From Faecousia sp. (GTDB lineage: Bacteria; Bacillota; Clostridia; Oscillospirales; Oscillospiraceae): DNA of 64,000 nucleotides. Where the stretch lies: contig JAZLAB010000060.1 of NCBI GenBank assembly GCA_045612985.1, positions 23,911-87,910 of the forward strand. Reading direction: 5' to 3'. Below, piece after piece: positions 10,702 through 19,573 of this stretch. The notes under the pieces were generated by a model. It had not been told where the DNA came from and searched no databases. It saw nothing but the letters and a program-made list of their open reading frames with translations. Position 1 is the first letter of the stretch. Each line of letters opens with the position of its first letter. The position numbers were made by a program, and so were the translations under genes.

Positions 10702-11718
10702 TCAGGAAAAATTAATGTGTTTTGTAAGCTTATCCTTAGATAAACCGGTTGCTGAAGAAATTGCTGCTGCATCTGCCAGGGGCGTTTTTTCCGCAAAAAG
10801 CAAGGTAACAACACTTTCACCGGTTTTTGCCCGGTAGTCCTGTAATCCACCGTAGCAAAATGCTGTATTGCTGTCAGAAATATAACCATTGCTCCGATAC
10901 AGACTGTTGATCGTTGACTCAACACGAGCCTTACTTGTAACGCAACAGAACAAACCATCGTTAAGCCTCGTCTGCTGATCTTCGTCCAACGAATAGGTGC
11001 GCATTCCGTTACACATCGAAACGAATCTGTTTACCTGTTCAAAGCCGAGCGTCCCCTGGATCAACCGCTCGATATCGCCAAAGGATGCTTCCTCGGAAGC
11101 TCTGGCTGTAAAGGTGCCTCTGTGAATAAACTCCCACAGGCAGCTATCCTCTGTTACTGCGCAGACGATTTTTCCGATGGGTAAGCCATAGCTTCTTGCG
11201 TACCAGGCAGCAATAAACGATGACAGATCAAAACCGTCAACGCAAATATCGAAAGAATTTCCTTCAGAAAGCTCTTTACTGCGAAGCAGTTCACCATAAA
11301 GGCCAAAGATCGTGGCGATCTTTACAGCAATTATAAACCACTTTGTGGGCGCAGGCGCAGGCAGGTTGCCGTTGCAAATTTTATGATATAAACTGCTCGC
11401 AACGTAAGAAAAGTCTCCCCTGGGATTGTGCCACAGCTCTGCAATGGCAATTCTGTGGCTCATTACAGCCAGTTTTGCCGCATTTCTGCCGATTGTGAAA
11501 TCCACATCCCAACCGGAAAGCTTTGCGGAGAAAAAGTGATTCATTAGGTCGGCCACAATTTGGCCGAAGGCTTTGTTTTTAAGTTCCGAAATTTCTTCCG
11601 GGGAATACACAGGCGCAGAAAAAGGAACGAACTGTCCCCCATCTACTGCAGTATTTTCACATAATGTTTTGTAAGTAGTAAATGCGTCGCGATTGTCTCT
11701 TGTTGTTATATAGAGCAT
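10702..11718 (-). CDS. Threonine synthase-like protein, predicted catalytically inactive
   Basis: Y.TTR..DGG.FVP N-domain, GLPIGKIVCA and GY..D..TA resemble ThrC; the FHGPT.AFKD motif reads WHNPRGDFSY. Confidence 0.7.
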   Translation of the reverse strand: MLYITTRDNRDAFTTYKTLCENTAVDGGQFVPFSAPVYSPEEISELKNKAFGQIVADLMNHFFSAKLSGWDVDFTIGRNAAKLAVMSHRIAIAELWHNPRGDFSYVASSLYHKICNGNLPAPAPTKWFIIAVKIATIFGLYGELLRSKELSEGNSFDICVDGFDLSSFIAAWYARSYGLPIGKIVCAVTEDSCLWEFIHRGTFTARASEEASFGDIERLIQGTLGFEQVNRFVSMCNGMRTYSLDEDQQTRLNDGLFCCVTSKARVESTINSLYRSNGYISDSNTAFCYGGLQDYRAKTGESVVTLLFAEKTPLADAAAISSATGLSKDKLTKHINFS

Positions 11719-12656
11719 CGTTTCATCACTCCTATTGCATTATTCCAGAAAATATTTTGAAGCATTTCTTCGCCTAACCCCCGCTGCAAAAGGCGCTGCG
11801 CCAACTTTTGATAATCCTGAATACCGGAAAAGCCCTCGGGAAGCGCTTCACAACCGTCCAAATCTCCACCTAGCGAAATGTGTTTACCGGATGGATCTAA
11901 CTCCAAAAAGTGGAAAATATGATCGCAAACAGTGTCGATTGTCGGGTTTCTTCCTAAAAATGAAGAATACAAATTGATTCCGGCAACACCGTCTGTTTCG
12001 CATATCGCACGGAACATATCGTCTGTCAAATTTCTCTTAACATCGCAAACTGTACGACTGTTGGAATGGGATGCCACAATCGGTGCCTGTGTGATCTTAA
12101 TAATATCCCAAAAGCCCTCATCACTGATATGGCTGACATCAATGATCATACCGAGCTTTTGCGCCTGATGTACATACTCACGACCCAAGTCGGTAAGTCC
12201 TCCTCCGGTCTTCCAGGATCCGGTAAGAGGGTTCTTTTCATTCCAACCCAGGGTACTCATTCGAAAACCGGCAAGGTACAAATCCTCCAACAGTTCCGGA
12301 TCATAACCAAAACCGGCAGGGCCTTCAATCGTAAGAACGGCAGACATCATTCCCTTTTCAAGGTTTTGCGTAATATCCTCAGATGAATATGCCTGACGAA
12401 TTATATCCCGATTGCGCTCCAGTTCCCGTTGTATCGTTGCCAGTTCCCTTTCAAACAGTTCAACGGCAGCAACAGGGATCTCTTCGTCCGGTTCTGTTGT
12501 GAAGCAGGCAAAGCACTGGGCATAGCCGCCAAGCTCCCCTGCCCGGATTAAATCAATATGACCTTCATTTTCCTTCAGACTGCCACAAGATCGAAAGTTC
12601 TGACCTAAAAGGGAAAATGCAGTATCACAATGTAAATCAAATGCAGGAACACTCAC
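11706..12656 (-). CDS. Membrane dipeptidase (peptidase M19)
   Basis: DLHCDT, TIEG, IDVSH, ASHSN, RNLTD and G.D.DG motifs. Confidence 0.92.
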   Translation of the reverse strand: MSVPAFDLHCDTAFSLLGQNFRSCGSLKENEGHIDLIRAGELGGYAQCFACFTTEPDEEIPVAAVELFERELATIQRELERNRDIIRQAYSSEDITQNLEKGMMSAVLTIEGPAGFGYDPELLEDLYLAGFRMSTLGWNEKNPLTGSWKTGGGLTDLGREYVHQAQKLGMIIDVSHISDEGFWDIIKITQAPIVASHSNSRTVCDVKRNLTDDMFRAICETDGVAGINLYSSFLGRNPTIDTVCDHIFHFLELDPSGKHISLGGDLDGCEALPEGFSGIQDYQKLAQRLLQRGLGEEMLQNIFWNNAIGVMKRCSI

Positions 12657-13017
12657 TCGAACGCATCCTCCAGGTGATAGATTTCAGGTTTCTTTGTGGC
12701 AATTCCCTCCGGCGCATAGATCTCGATCACATCAAATCTCGGCTGCAATTCGGTTGGATTCTGGGAAAGATACATTTCAGCTGTCGTGCGAAGGCGGCCC
12801 TGTTTATAGACATCCACATGCTCTGCAGCCCGAGCAAATCTTGCAGATTTTCGCAGCTTCACTTCCACAAAGACTAAATACTCTTTATTGGAAACGATCA
12901 AATCGATCTCACCAAAACGGCAGGAATAATTAGCAGCAACTAAATTGTACCTTTTTTCAGCAAATATTGCGCAGCCAGCGATTCGCCCCAAGCGCCGGTA
13001 ATGTTATTTCGTCCCAT
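12653..13017 (-). pseudogene. yraN: YraN (UPF0102) endonuclease-like gene with a 1-nt frameshift (or assembly indel)
   Basis: MGRNNITGAWGESLAAQYLLKK from ATG 13017 is in a different frame from YNLVAANYSCRFGEIDLI..FVEVK..RFDVI; the break is at the A6 run 12952-12957. Confidence 0.8.
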
Positions 13018-13618
13018 AGAATTTCTTCAAAAAAGTCATACGGTGGATCGGACACGGACCGTACTTTTCAATCGCGGCATAATGCGCTTTCGTGCCATAG
13101 CCCTTATGTATTTCAAATCCGTACTGCGGGTATTCCTGCGCCATTTGCAGCAGATAGTCATCTCTGGTAACCTTTGCCAGAACAGAAGCAGCCGCAATGC
13201 TTGCGCTACGGCTGTCGCCTTTTACGATCGTTTCAACCGGAATTCCAAAATCTTTCTCCCGGTTGCCGTCGATCAGTAAAACCTCCGGCTTCACAGAAAG
13301 CTGAGATGCCGCCCGTTCCATCGCAAGAAAGGTTGCTTGCAGGATATTGACCTGATCAATTTCCTTTTCGTCTGCAAATGCGATTCCATACGCAATAGCG
13401 TTTTCTTTAATAATCGGCATCAGCTCTCTGCGACGCTTGTCTGTGAGTTTTTTGCTGTCATTAAGACCGGGAATCTCAATGTTTGCAGGCAAAATGACTG
13501 CTGCAGCACAAACAGGACCGGCAAGAGGACCACGACCAGCTTCGTCAATACCGCAAACATATTGAAGGCCCTGCGCGTAGTATTTCCCTTCAAATTCCCA
13601 CAGATTTTCTTGACTCAT
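13004..13618 (-). CDS. rnhB: Ribonuclease HII
   Basis: GIDEAGRGPLAGPV, DSKKL, IAAASVLAKV, HKGYGT. Confidence 0.97.
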   Translation of the reverse strand: MSQENLWEFEGKYYAQGLQYVCGIDEAGRGPLAGPVCAAAVILPANIEIPGLNDSKKLTDKRRRELMPIIKENAIAYGIAFADEKEIDQVNILQATFLAMERAASQLSVKPEVLLIDGNREKDFGIPVETIVKGDSRSASIAAASVLAKVTRDDYLLQMAQEYPQYGFEIHKGYGTKAHYAAIEKYGPCPIHRMTFLKKFYGTK

Positions 13619-14484
13619 TGCTGTTCCTCCGGCATTTCCAAAGTGAATTTACCCAGCTTACCTGCCCGGTATTCATCCAAAAGCACCTTTGCCATTCTCT
13701 CTGTGTTGATCTCACCGCCGGAAACAAGATAGCCTCTCTTTTTCCCTGCCATTTCCAACAGTTCATATCCAGGTGTCATTTCCGGCGCAGTAACGCCATA
13801 CCGATTCTCAAGGGCAGCAGGATAATATTTGAGCATATGCTCCATCAAATGACAGGCCAGCTCCTCCACATCAATTACATTTTCTTTCACCGCCCCGGTA
13901 AAAGCCAACATCATACCGACCATCGGATCCTCAAACTTTGGCCACAGAATGCCGGGGGTGTCCAAAAGCAGCAAGCCATTGTCCACAGTTACCCACTGCT
14001 TTCCACGGGTAACACCGGGACGGTTTTCCGCTTTTGCGCCTTTTCGTCCGGAGATTTGATTGATAAATGTGGATTTACCAACATTGGGAATGCCAACAAT
14101 CATAACGCGAACAGGCTTGTTCATACCCTTGGCTGCATTGCGGGCAATTTTCTCCTTCAACACCGAACGAACTGCTGGCTGAAAGCCGGAAACGCCTTTC
14201 TTACTTTTACAATCAGTTGCAACAGCAGCGATTCCAATTTTTCTAAAATGATCCAGCCATACCTTTGTTGCATTCGGGTCTGCAAGATCCATTCTGTTAA
14301 GCACGATAATTCTCGGCTTATTGCCGCAAATCGCGTCAATATCCGGGTTTCTGCTGGAAACAGGAATGCGCGCATCAACGATTTCGCACACCGCATCCAC
14401 CAATTTCAGATCAGCTTCGATCTGACGGCGGGTTTTTGTCATATGACCGGGATACCACTGAATATTCATCTGCTTATTATCCAT
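13615..14484 (-). CDS. rbgA: Ribosome biogenesis GTPase RbgA/YlqF
   Basis: IQWYPGHM, DARIP, GIPNVGKS, DTPGILWPK. Confidence 0.97.
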   Translation of the reverse strand: MDNKQMNIQWYPGHMTKTRRQIEADLKLVDAVCEIVDARIPVSSRNPDIDAICGNKPRIIVLNRMDLADPNATKVWLDHFRKIGIAAVATDCKSKKGVSGFQPAVRSVLKEKIARNAAKGMNKPVRVMIVGIPNVGKSTFINQISGRKGAKAENRPGVTRGKQWVTVDNGLLLLDTPGILWPKFEDPMVGMMLAFTGAVKENVIDVEELACHLMEHMLKYYPAALENRYGVTAPEMTPGYELLEMAGKKRGYLVSGGEINTERMAKVLLDEYRAGKLGKFTLEMPEEQQ

Positions 14485-15131
14485 TATGATATTCCTCCAA
14501 TTCTGGAGAATTCCCGACTCTGTTCTCCGGCATCATTTCCCGGGAAAACCAAAAGGATCGCTTTTCCAAGAACCTCACGACGGTCAATCAATCCGATCTC
14601 CGGACTGCGACTGTCTTTTGATTCATTGCGGTTATCACCTAAAACGAAAATACACCCATCATCAACAACCAAGGGAAATTCAACGCCTTCATCCAAATTC
14701 GTCGGTGTATTCGTGTATTTTTCAGTCATAGGCTCATTATCCACATAGACAATGCCTGTCTCAAAATCAATATCAACTATCTGACCTTCTGTAGCGATCA
14801 CGCGTTTAATAATTGGCGTTCCATCGTCGTACGCTTTTTTGCTGATCACAACAATGTCGCCCCGATCGTACTCATGATAGAAAGCATTATCCAGCAAAAG
14901 AAGCCAATCCCCATCAAGAAGCGTACTCTTCATCGAAGGTCCGGAAACGACAATAATGCGAAACAGCAGAGAAAAAACAAGCAGAACGCCGGCAATCAGA
15001 AATACAAGGTCATGCAGATAAGATAATACAAAATTGCTTCTTCTCACTCTGGAAGCACTATGTTGCGGCTTTTCTCTGACAAGAAAATCCTTAATTTTAT
15101 TCAAAACAGCAGCGATTTTCTCTGCAGGCAT
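14484..15131 (-). CDS. lepB: Signal peptidase I
   Basis: GPSM..TL (Ser), IKRVI (Lys), GDNR..S.DSR; start MPAEK after GGGAGG. Confidence 0.92.
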   Translation of the reverse strand: MPAEKIAAVLNKIKDFLVREKPQHSASRVRRSNFVLSYLHDLVFLIAGVLLVFSLLFRIIVVSGPSMKSTLLDGDWLLLLDNAFYHEYDRGDIVVISKKAYDDGTPIIKRVIATEGQIVDIDFETGIVYVDNEPMTEKYTNTPTNLDEGVEFPLVVDDGCIFVLGDNRNESKDSRSPEIGLIDRREVLGKAILLVFPGNDAGEQSREFSRIGGIS

Positions 15132-15166
15132 ACCGCTTCCCCTCCCCTTGGGCATATATTATAATT

Positions 15167-15195
15167 ATTATACACTATTTTTAAATTTTGGGCAA
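15167..15195 (-). promoter_or_regulatory. SigA-type promoter for lepB-rbgA-rnhB operon
   Basis: TTGCCC-17-TATAAT on minus strand. Confidence 0.55.
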
Positions 15196-15196
15196 T

Positions 15197-15224
15197 AAAA
15201 AAAGAGGGTTGCACCTCTTTTTTT
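15197..15224 (-). terminator. rplS terminator
   Basis: A7-GAGG hairpin-T7. Confidence 0.7.
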
Positions 15225-15237
15225 ATTCATTTTTTGT

Positions 15238-15579
15238 TTAGACCTGTTCCTTAACCTTAGCAGCCTTACCAAAGCGATTACGCAGGTAGTACAGCTTTGC
15301 ACGGCGAACTTTACCGTGGCGAACAGTCTCAACCTTTGCTACGTTGGGAGAGTGAACAGGGAAAACCTTCTCACAGCCAACACCGTAGCTGACGCGACGA
15401 ACAGTGATGGTCTCACCGATGCCGCCATGCTTCCGGGCGATGATGGTGCCTTCAAACACCTGAATACGCTCACGGGAGCCTTCCTTGATCCGCACATGAA
15501 CACGAACGGTGTCGCCAACCCGCATTTCGGGCAGCTCTTCCTTCATGTACTGGCTGGACAGAGCCTTAACCAAATCCAT
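15238..15579 (-). CDS. rplS: 50S ribosomal protein L19
   Basis: [27 protein letters not shown]; start MDLVK after AAGGAGG. Confidence 0.97.
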   Translation of the reverse strand: MDLVKALSSQYMKEELPEMRVGDTVRVHVRIKEGSRERIQVFEGTIIARKHGGIGETITVRRVSYGVGCEKVFPVHSPNVAKVETVRHGKVRRAKLYYLRNRFGKAAKVKEQV

Positions 15580-15601
15580 ATCTTTGTCCTCCTTAATATT
15601 A

Positions 15602-15661
15602 GGCGTTCTTACGATGTTTACAGTCCGGCGATATGGTTCCCGGCACCGCAGAGGACTCACC
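15602..15661 (-). promoter_or_regulatory. L19 leader autoregulatory RNA
   Basis: GTCCTCTG-CGGTG...CATCG-TAAGAACG hairpin in the rplS 5' UTR; resembles the L19_leader UCCGCUG...GAAC pattern. Confidence 0.65.
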
Positions 15662-15679
15662 TTGATTTCAGACCGATGT

Positions 15680-15708
15680 ATTATAGCACGGTATTTTCAG
15701 GAAATCAA
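15680..15708 (-). promoter_or_regulatory. SigA promoter of rplS
   Basis: TTGATT-17-(TGn)TATAAT. Confidence 0.7.
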
Positions 15709-15775
15709 GTGTTTTTTATGAAAAAATTAGGGAAATTTATTTAATTTATAAACGGTTTAGCGACTAAAGTTTTAC

Positions 15776-16065
15776 TGGTCCGAGTGTCGAGATTCGTTTG
15801 CATTTTCGCCAATGGCGAAAATTATGTTTTCACACAGCTTTACCAATACAATATTCACAAATGTTGGTGATATCCTGTTGTGGTGCCCGGTATCTTCGTT
15901 GCCGACAGGGCGGCTTCCTCATCTACCGACCACAGCCACTCGCTCAGGTCGCTTCATCCGCCACAGGCGGCGCTCCCATCGCTCCCCACCGGACTGTTGC
16001 ATTTGATGGTTCGAATCTCGACACAAAGAAAGAAGCAGAAAGAGCTATTGCCCTTCCTGCTCCTT
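15776..16065 (-). repeat. tRNA-associated structured cassette, copy A (downstream of tRNA-Pro GGG)
   Basis: 21-bp direct copy of tRNA 3' end (15776-15796), 16-bp inverted copy of T-arm (16009-16024), and motifs shared with 20027-20190. Confidence 0.8.
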
Positions 16066-16142
16066 TGGTCCGAGTGTCGAGATTCGAACTCGAGGCCTCT
16101 TGAACCCCATTCAAGCGCGATACCAAACTTCGCCACACCCGG
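16066..16142 (-). tRNA. tRNA-Pro(GGG)
   Basis: CCGGGTG...CTTGA-ATGGGGT-TCAAG...TTCGAAT...CACTCGG-A-CCA; 77-nt cloverleaf. Confidence 0.97.
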
Positions 16143-16173
16143 ATTTTGCTTGCGTCCTGCGGACCGCCAATGT

Positions 16174-16202
16174 ATATTAGCACATACCGCAGGAAAAAGC
16201 AA
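16174..16202 (-). promoter_or_regulatory. SigA promoter of tRNA-Pro(GGG)
   Basis: TTGCTT-17-(TGn)TAATAT. Confidence 0.6.
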
Positions 16203-16231
16203 GCATTATTTTGCCGTATTTTGAAAAAAAT

Positions 16232-16456
16232 TTAGCCGTTAGAATCCTGCCTCAGGACCTTGCCCATATTCCAGAGCATCGCAACACGCGCTTCGGCTTC
16301 TTTCTTTTCCGTTTCATTGCTGTACTCCACATAAACCGTATGTGCGCTGCAATCACAGCATTCCACCTGTACATTCCAGCCACCTTCGTGAACAACAAAT
16401 CCGCTACCTCTGCAAATCGGGCAATCTTCTAAAACAATATTGGGATTTACTTCCAT
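16232..16456 (-). CDS. Small zinc-finger protein, Lar (restriction alleviation)-like
   Basis: L..CPIC...V.C.DC......A...WN pattern; AAGGA RBS. Confidence 0.65.
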   Translation of the reverse strand: MEVNPNIVLEDCPICRGSGFVVHEGGWNVQVECCDCSAHTVYVEYSNETEKKEAEARVAMLWNMGKVLRQDSNG

Positions 16457-16468
16457 AATTTTCCTTCC

Positions 16469-17128
16469 TTATCGAAAAATCTTACCATCTGCATCAAAGA
16501 TCTCCATTCGTTTGCACCGACTGAAATCCGGCGCATAATCCGGTAAGTACTTTGAAATCGCAGCTACAATTTGCGCAGGGTTAAGTGTCGGATTCTGACA
16601 GCAGATCAGCGCATTCATTTCCACCAATTCTTTGCTCGTCTGTTTGACCTCAAGGGAGCGGATCATCGGAATAATGTCCTGGTCCTGCAGCTTGCCTTTC
16701 GACTTTTTGGGGACGATCAGCGAGCTCTGATCAAACAAATTTCTGATTGCATTCACCGCATCGTCATCTACACCATTATCGTACTCCAGTGTGATCAGAC
16801 AATTCAGTAGACTCAAATCCCGGATCTTTCGACCCTGCTCGTAAACGCTATTGACCGTAACACCGGAAATCAGATTTCCGTTCAGACGCTCAGCGATCTC
16901 CTCACAAGAAACCGAGTAGCCATCCAGTTCAAAATCCAGAAGCTCACAGTTACTTTCAACGCCCACAGAAAGGGGCAGCGCAATAGAAACCAGCGGTCTT
17001 GGGTTAAATCCCTGGGAATGCTTCAACGGTAATCGCGCTCTTTGAAAGGCCCTCTGGAACACCCGCATCAGGTCCAGGTGGGACACCCATATAGCATTTC
17101 CGGTTTTCTCAAAAAGAAGTCTAGGCAT
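16469..17128 (-). CDS. Radical SAM-linked protein (TIGR03936/DUF2344)
   Basis: F.KTG..VSHLDLMR.FQRA..RA.LP...SQGFNPRP; follows the radical SAM gene. Confidence 0.9.
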   Translation of the reverse strand: MPRLLFEKTGNAIWVSHLDLMRVFQRAFQRARLPLKHSQGFNPRPLVSIALPLSVGVESNCELLDFELDGYSVSCEEIAERLNGNLISGVTVNSVYEQGRKIRDLSLLNCLITLEYDNGVDDDAVNAIRNLFDQSSLIVPKKSKGKLQDQDIIPMIRSLEVKQTSKELVEMNALICCQNPTLNPAQIVAAISKYLPDYAPDFSRCKRMEIFDADGKIFR

Positions 17129-18956
17129 CGCAACCGACCTCCTTTAAAAGTGCATTTGCCCCGCAACCGCTGCAGCTATGGCGGCAATCCGGGGTGACCC
17201 TTCCTTCGTAGGCACGATCCCGTTCCTTGTGCAAAAACGCCTTGCTAACACCCACATTCATCATATCCCAGGGAAGGATTTCATCAACACCGTAACCCCT
17301 TACTGTGTAGAAATCCGGATCAATTCCGCAGTTTTCAAAAGCATCTGTCCACGCCTTATAAGTGAAGAACTCATCCCAACCATCCAATCTTGCGCCATTA
17401 ATCACAGCTTGCTCGATCACACTGCACAGCCGTCTGTCGCCGCGGGCCATAACTGCCTCCAAGCGGCTCAGATCCGGCGCATGATAGTTATATTCGATAG
17501 ATTTCGAATAAAAATGGTCCTTCAGAAGACGACATCTGCGAAGATACTCTTCCGGCGTGATCTGCTTCTCCCACTGGAAGGGCGTATGGGGCTTCGGCAC
17601 AAAATAGGCAGTAGCAACATGCACGCGCAGGCCGCGCTTTTTATTGGATGCATTTGCTTTCCAGGTGTTGATCACCTTATACACAAGCTCTGCAATCCCA
17701 AGAACATCCTCATCCGTTTCCGTCGGCAATCCCAACATAAAGTACAATTTTACATTATTCCAGCCGCCGGAAAAGGCGTTGGCGCAGGTTGTAAGGATCT
17801 CCTCTTCTGTCAGGTTCTTGTTGATCACATCCCGCAGGCGCTGTGTGCCCGCCTCCGGCGCAAAGGTCAAACCGCTCTTGCGAACTGTCTGCAGCTTTTG
17901 CATAAGCTCCCGGGAGAAATTGTCCGCGCGTAAAGAAGGAACAGACAAACGGATCTTCTGTTGTTCACAGTACGGGATCATTTCATCAGTCAATTCCTTC
18001 AATTCCCGGTAATCCGATGTAGACAAGCTGGAAAGTGTGATCTCGTTATGTCCGGAGTCCTCAAGAAGCTCAACTGCTTGCCTATACAGCACAGCTGCGC
18101 TTTTCTTGCGCACCGGACGGCAGGAAAAGCCGGCCTGGCAAAAGCGGCAGCCGCGAATACATCCGCGAAACAGTTCCAGATTTGCCCGATCGTGGACGAT
18201 TTCTGTGGACGGCACGATCATTTTTGTGGGATAGTAAGCTTTGTCCAGGTCCTCAACAATGCGCTTTGTAATCACTTCCGGTGCGCCGTCTTTTGCAATG
18301 ATGCTACCAATCGTACCATCCTCATTATATGTAGGTTCATAGAAAGACGGGACATAGATCCCGGGGATTTTACTAACCTGCTGTAGAAAGGCATCCTTGC
18401 TCCAATCCTCAGCCTTTGCCCGGTCGTATAGACGGATAATCTCCGGGGTGATCTCCTCGCCTTCTCCCAGTGCAAAAAAGTCAATAAAGTCCGCCAGCGG
18501 CTCAGGATTAAAGGCACAGACGCCACCTGCAAAGACAATGTTTTTCAGTCCGTCCCGCTCCTTTGCCCGGAGCGGAATTCCCGCCAACAGCAGCATATTC
18601 AAAATATTGGTATAGCTCATCTCATAGCCGATGGTAAAGGCAACCATATCGAAATCCTTCACCGGGTCCTGGCTCTCCAACGCCCACAGCGGCAGATTAT
18701 GCTGGCGCATTTGCTTTTCCATATCATCCCAGGGCGCGAATACCCGCTCACACCAAACGCCATCCATCTCGTTCATCACGCCATAGAGAATCCGCATACC
18801 CACATTGGACATACCGATTTCATAGGTGTCCGGGAAGCAAAAAGCGACGCGCACACGCACATCGTCTAAAGACTTGATAGTTTCGTTATATTCACCGCCG
18901 GTATAGCGCGCAGGCTTTTGGACCGACGGGAGAATTCTTTGCAGCAACTGTTTCAT
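17121..18956 (-). CDS. B12-binding radical SAM protein (TIGR03960)
   Basis: KPARYTGGE, PDTYEIGMS, CIRGCRFC CxxxCxxC, FAPEAGTQRLR. Confidence 0.93.
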   Translation of the reverse strand: MKQLLQRILPSVQKPARYTGGEYNETIKSLDDVRVRVAFCFPDTYEIGMSNVGMRILYGVMNEMDGVWCERVFAPWDDMEKQMRQHNLPLWALESQDPVKDFDMVAFTIGYEMSYTNILNMLLLAGIPLRAKERDGLKNIVFAGGVCAFNPEPLADFIDFFALGEGEEITPEIIRLYDRAKAEDWSKDAFLQQVSKIPGIYVPSFYEPTYNEDGTIGSIIAKDGAPEVITKRIVEDLDKAYYPTKMIVPSTEIVHDRANLELFRGCIRGCRFCQAGFSCRPVRKKSAAVLYRQAVELLEDSGHNEITLSSLSTSDYRELKELTDEMIPYCEQQKIRLSVPSLRADNFSRELMQKLQTVRKSGLTFAPEAGTQRLRDVINKNLTEEEILTTCANAFSGGWNNVKLYFMLGLPTETDEDVLGIAELVYKVINTWKANASNKKRGLRVHVATAYFVPKPHTPFQWEKQITPEEYLRRCRLLKDHFYSKSIEYNYHAPDLSRLEAVMARGDRRLCSVIEQAVINGARLDGWDEFFTYKAWTDAFENCGIDPDFYTVRGYGVDEILPWDMMNVGVSKAFLHKERDRAYEGRVTPDCRHSCSGCGANALLKEVGCDA

Positions 18957-18997
18957 AAGGTTTCCTCTTGTACATTCTTGTTTTGATTATTTTACAA

Positions 18998-19573
18998 TTA
19001 CTTCTGTCTGTTTGCAAGAGGATTTTCCATTCCGGTCCTAAAAAACAGGATTAAAGTCATCAGCAATGGAATTGAGCCAAAATTATGCATCAACGCCAGG
19101 ATTCCACAAATAGATAATCCGCAAAAAACAATGATTTTGATTATGAAATATACATTTTCAGTATGATATCTTCTTTTGAACATTTGAAGTAAGCAAACCG
19201 TAACCCTTCCTCCATCAAGAGGAAATAACGGCAGCAGATTGTAAAGGCCCTGCGCCAGACCGCATATAGCCACATACGGTAACCATTTAGCGAAGAGTAG
19301 TAATGATAAACTTCCAATCGGCCCGGCTATGGCGCATTTTAACTCCGTTATTTGTTCCATTGAATCTGTAAGCATTACTGCACCGTTTAATCCGATCGTA
19401 ATTCGGTGAATTCGAACACCACATAATTGCAGCATTCCATAGTGAAACAGTTCGTGTACAAAAACCGCAGCTATCCAAGCAAATAACCATCTAACAGGAA
19501 ATATCAGTAAAGCAGCGGCACCAGACAGGTATAGGTATGGAGAAACGGATATTTTAGTTTTTAATGCCCGCAT
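18998..19573 (-). CDS. SpoIVFB-like site-2 (M50) intramembrane metalloprotease
   Basis: HELFH, IAGP and NLLPLFPLDGG motifs; start MRALK uncertain. Confidence 0.75.
   Translation of the reverse strand: MRALKTKISVSPYLYLSGAAALLIFPVRWLFAWIAAVFVHELFHYGMLQLCGVRIHRITIGLNGAVMLTDSMEQITELKCAIAGPIGSLSLLLFAKWLPYVAICGLAQGLYNLLPLFPLDGGRVTVCLLQMFKRRYHTENVYFIIKIIVFCGLSICGILALMHNFGSIPLLMTLILFFRTGMENPLANRQK

Noticed and set aside
13618-14748. Long antisense ORFs (e.g. 13618-14748, 30221-31333, 9185-9913, 58003-58767)
   Set aside because: They are shadows of conserved genes on the opposite strand, with no motifs or RBS.
15890-15930. Hammerhead ribozyme in the cassette insert (AGAUGAG...CGAAG)
   Set aside because: It lacks the CUGANGA and GAAA core consensus, and no clear stem I/III cleavage triplet is present.
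15776-16142. Prophage or ICE integrated at tRNA-Pro (attL/attR)
   Set aside because: The direct repeats enclose under 300 bp, and no integrase or phage gene is in the window. Kept only as the small-cassette finding.
15798-16224. Several 64-114 aa ORFs over the tRNA and cassette (also 19717-20256)
   Set aside because: They overlap tRNA genes and hairpins, have no RBS and show no protein motifs.
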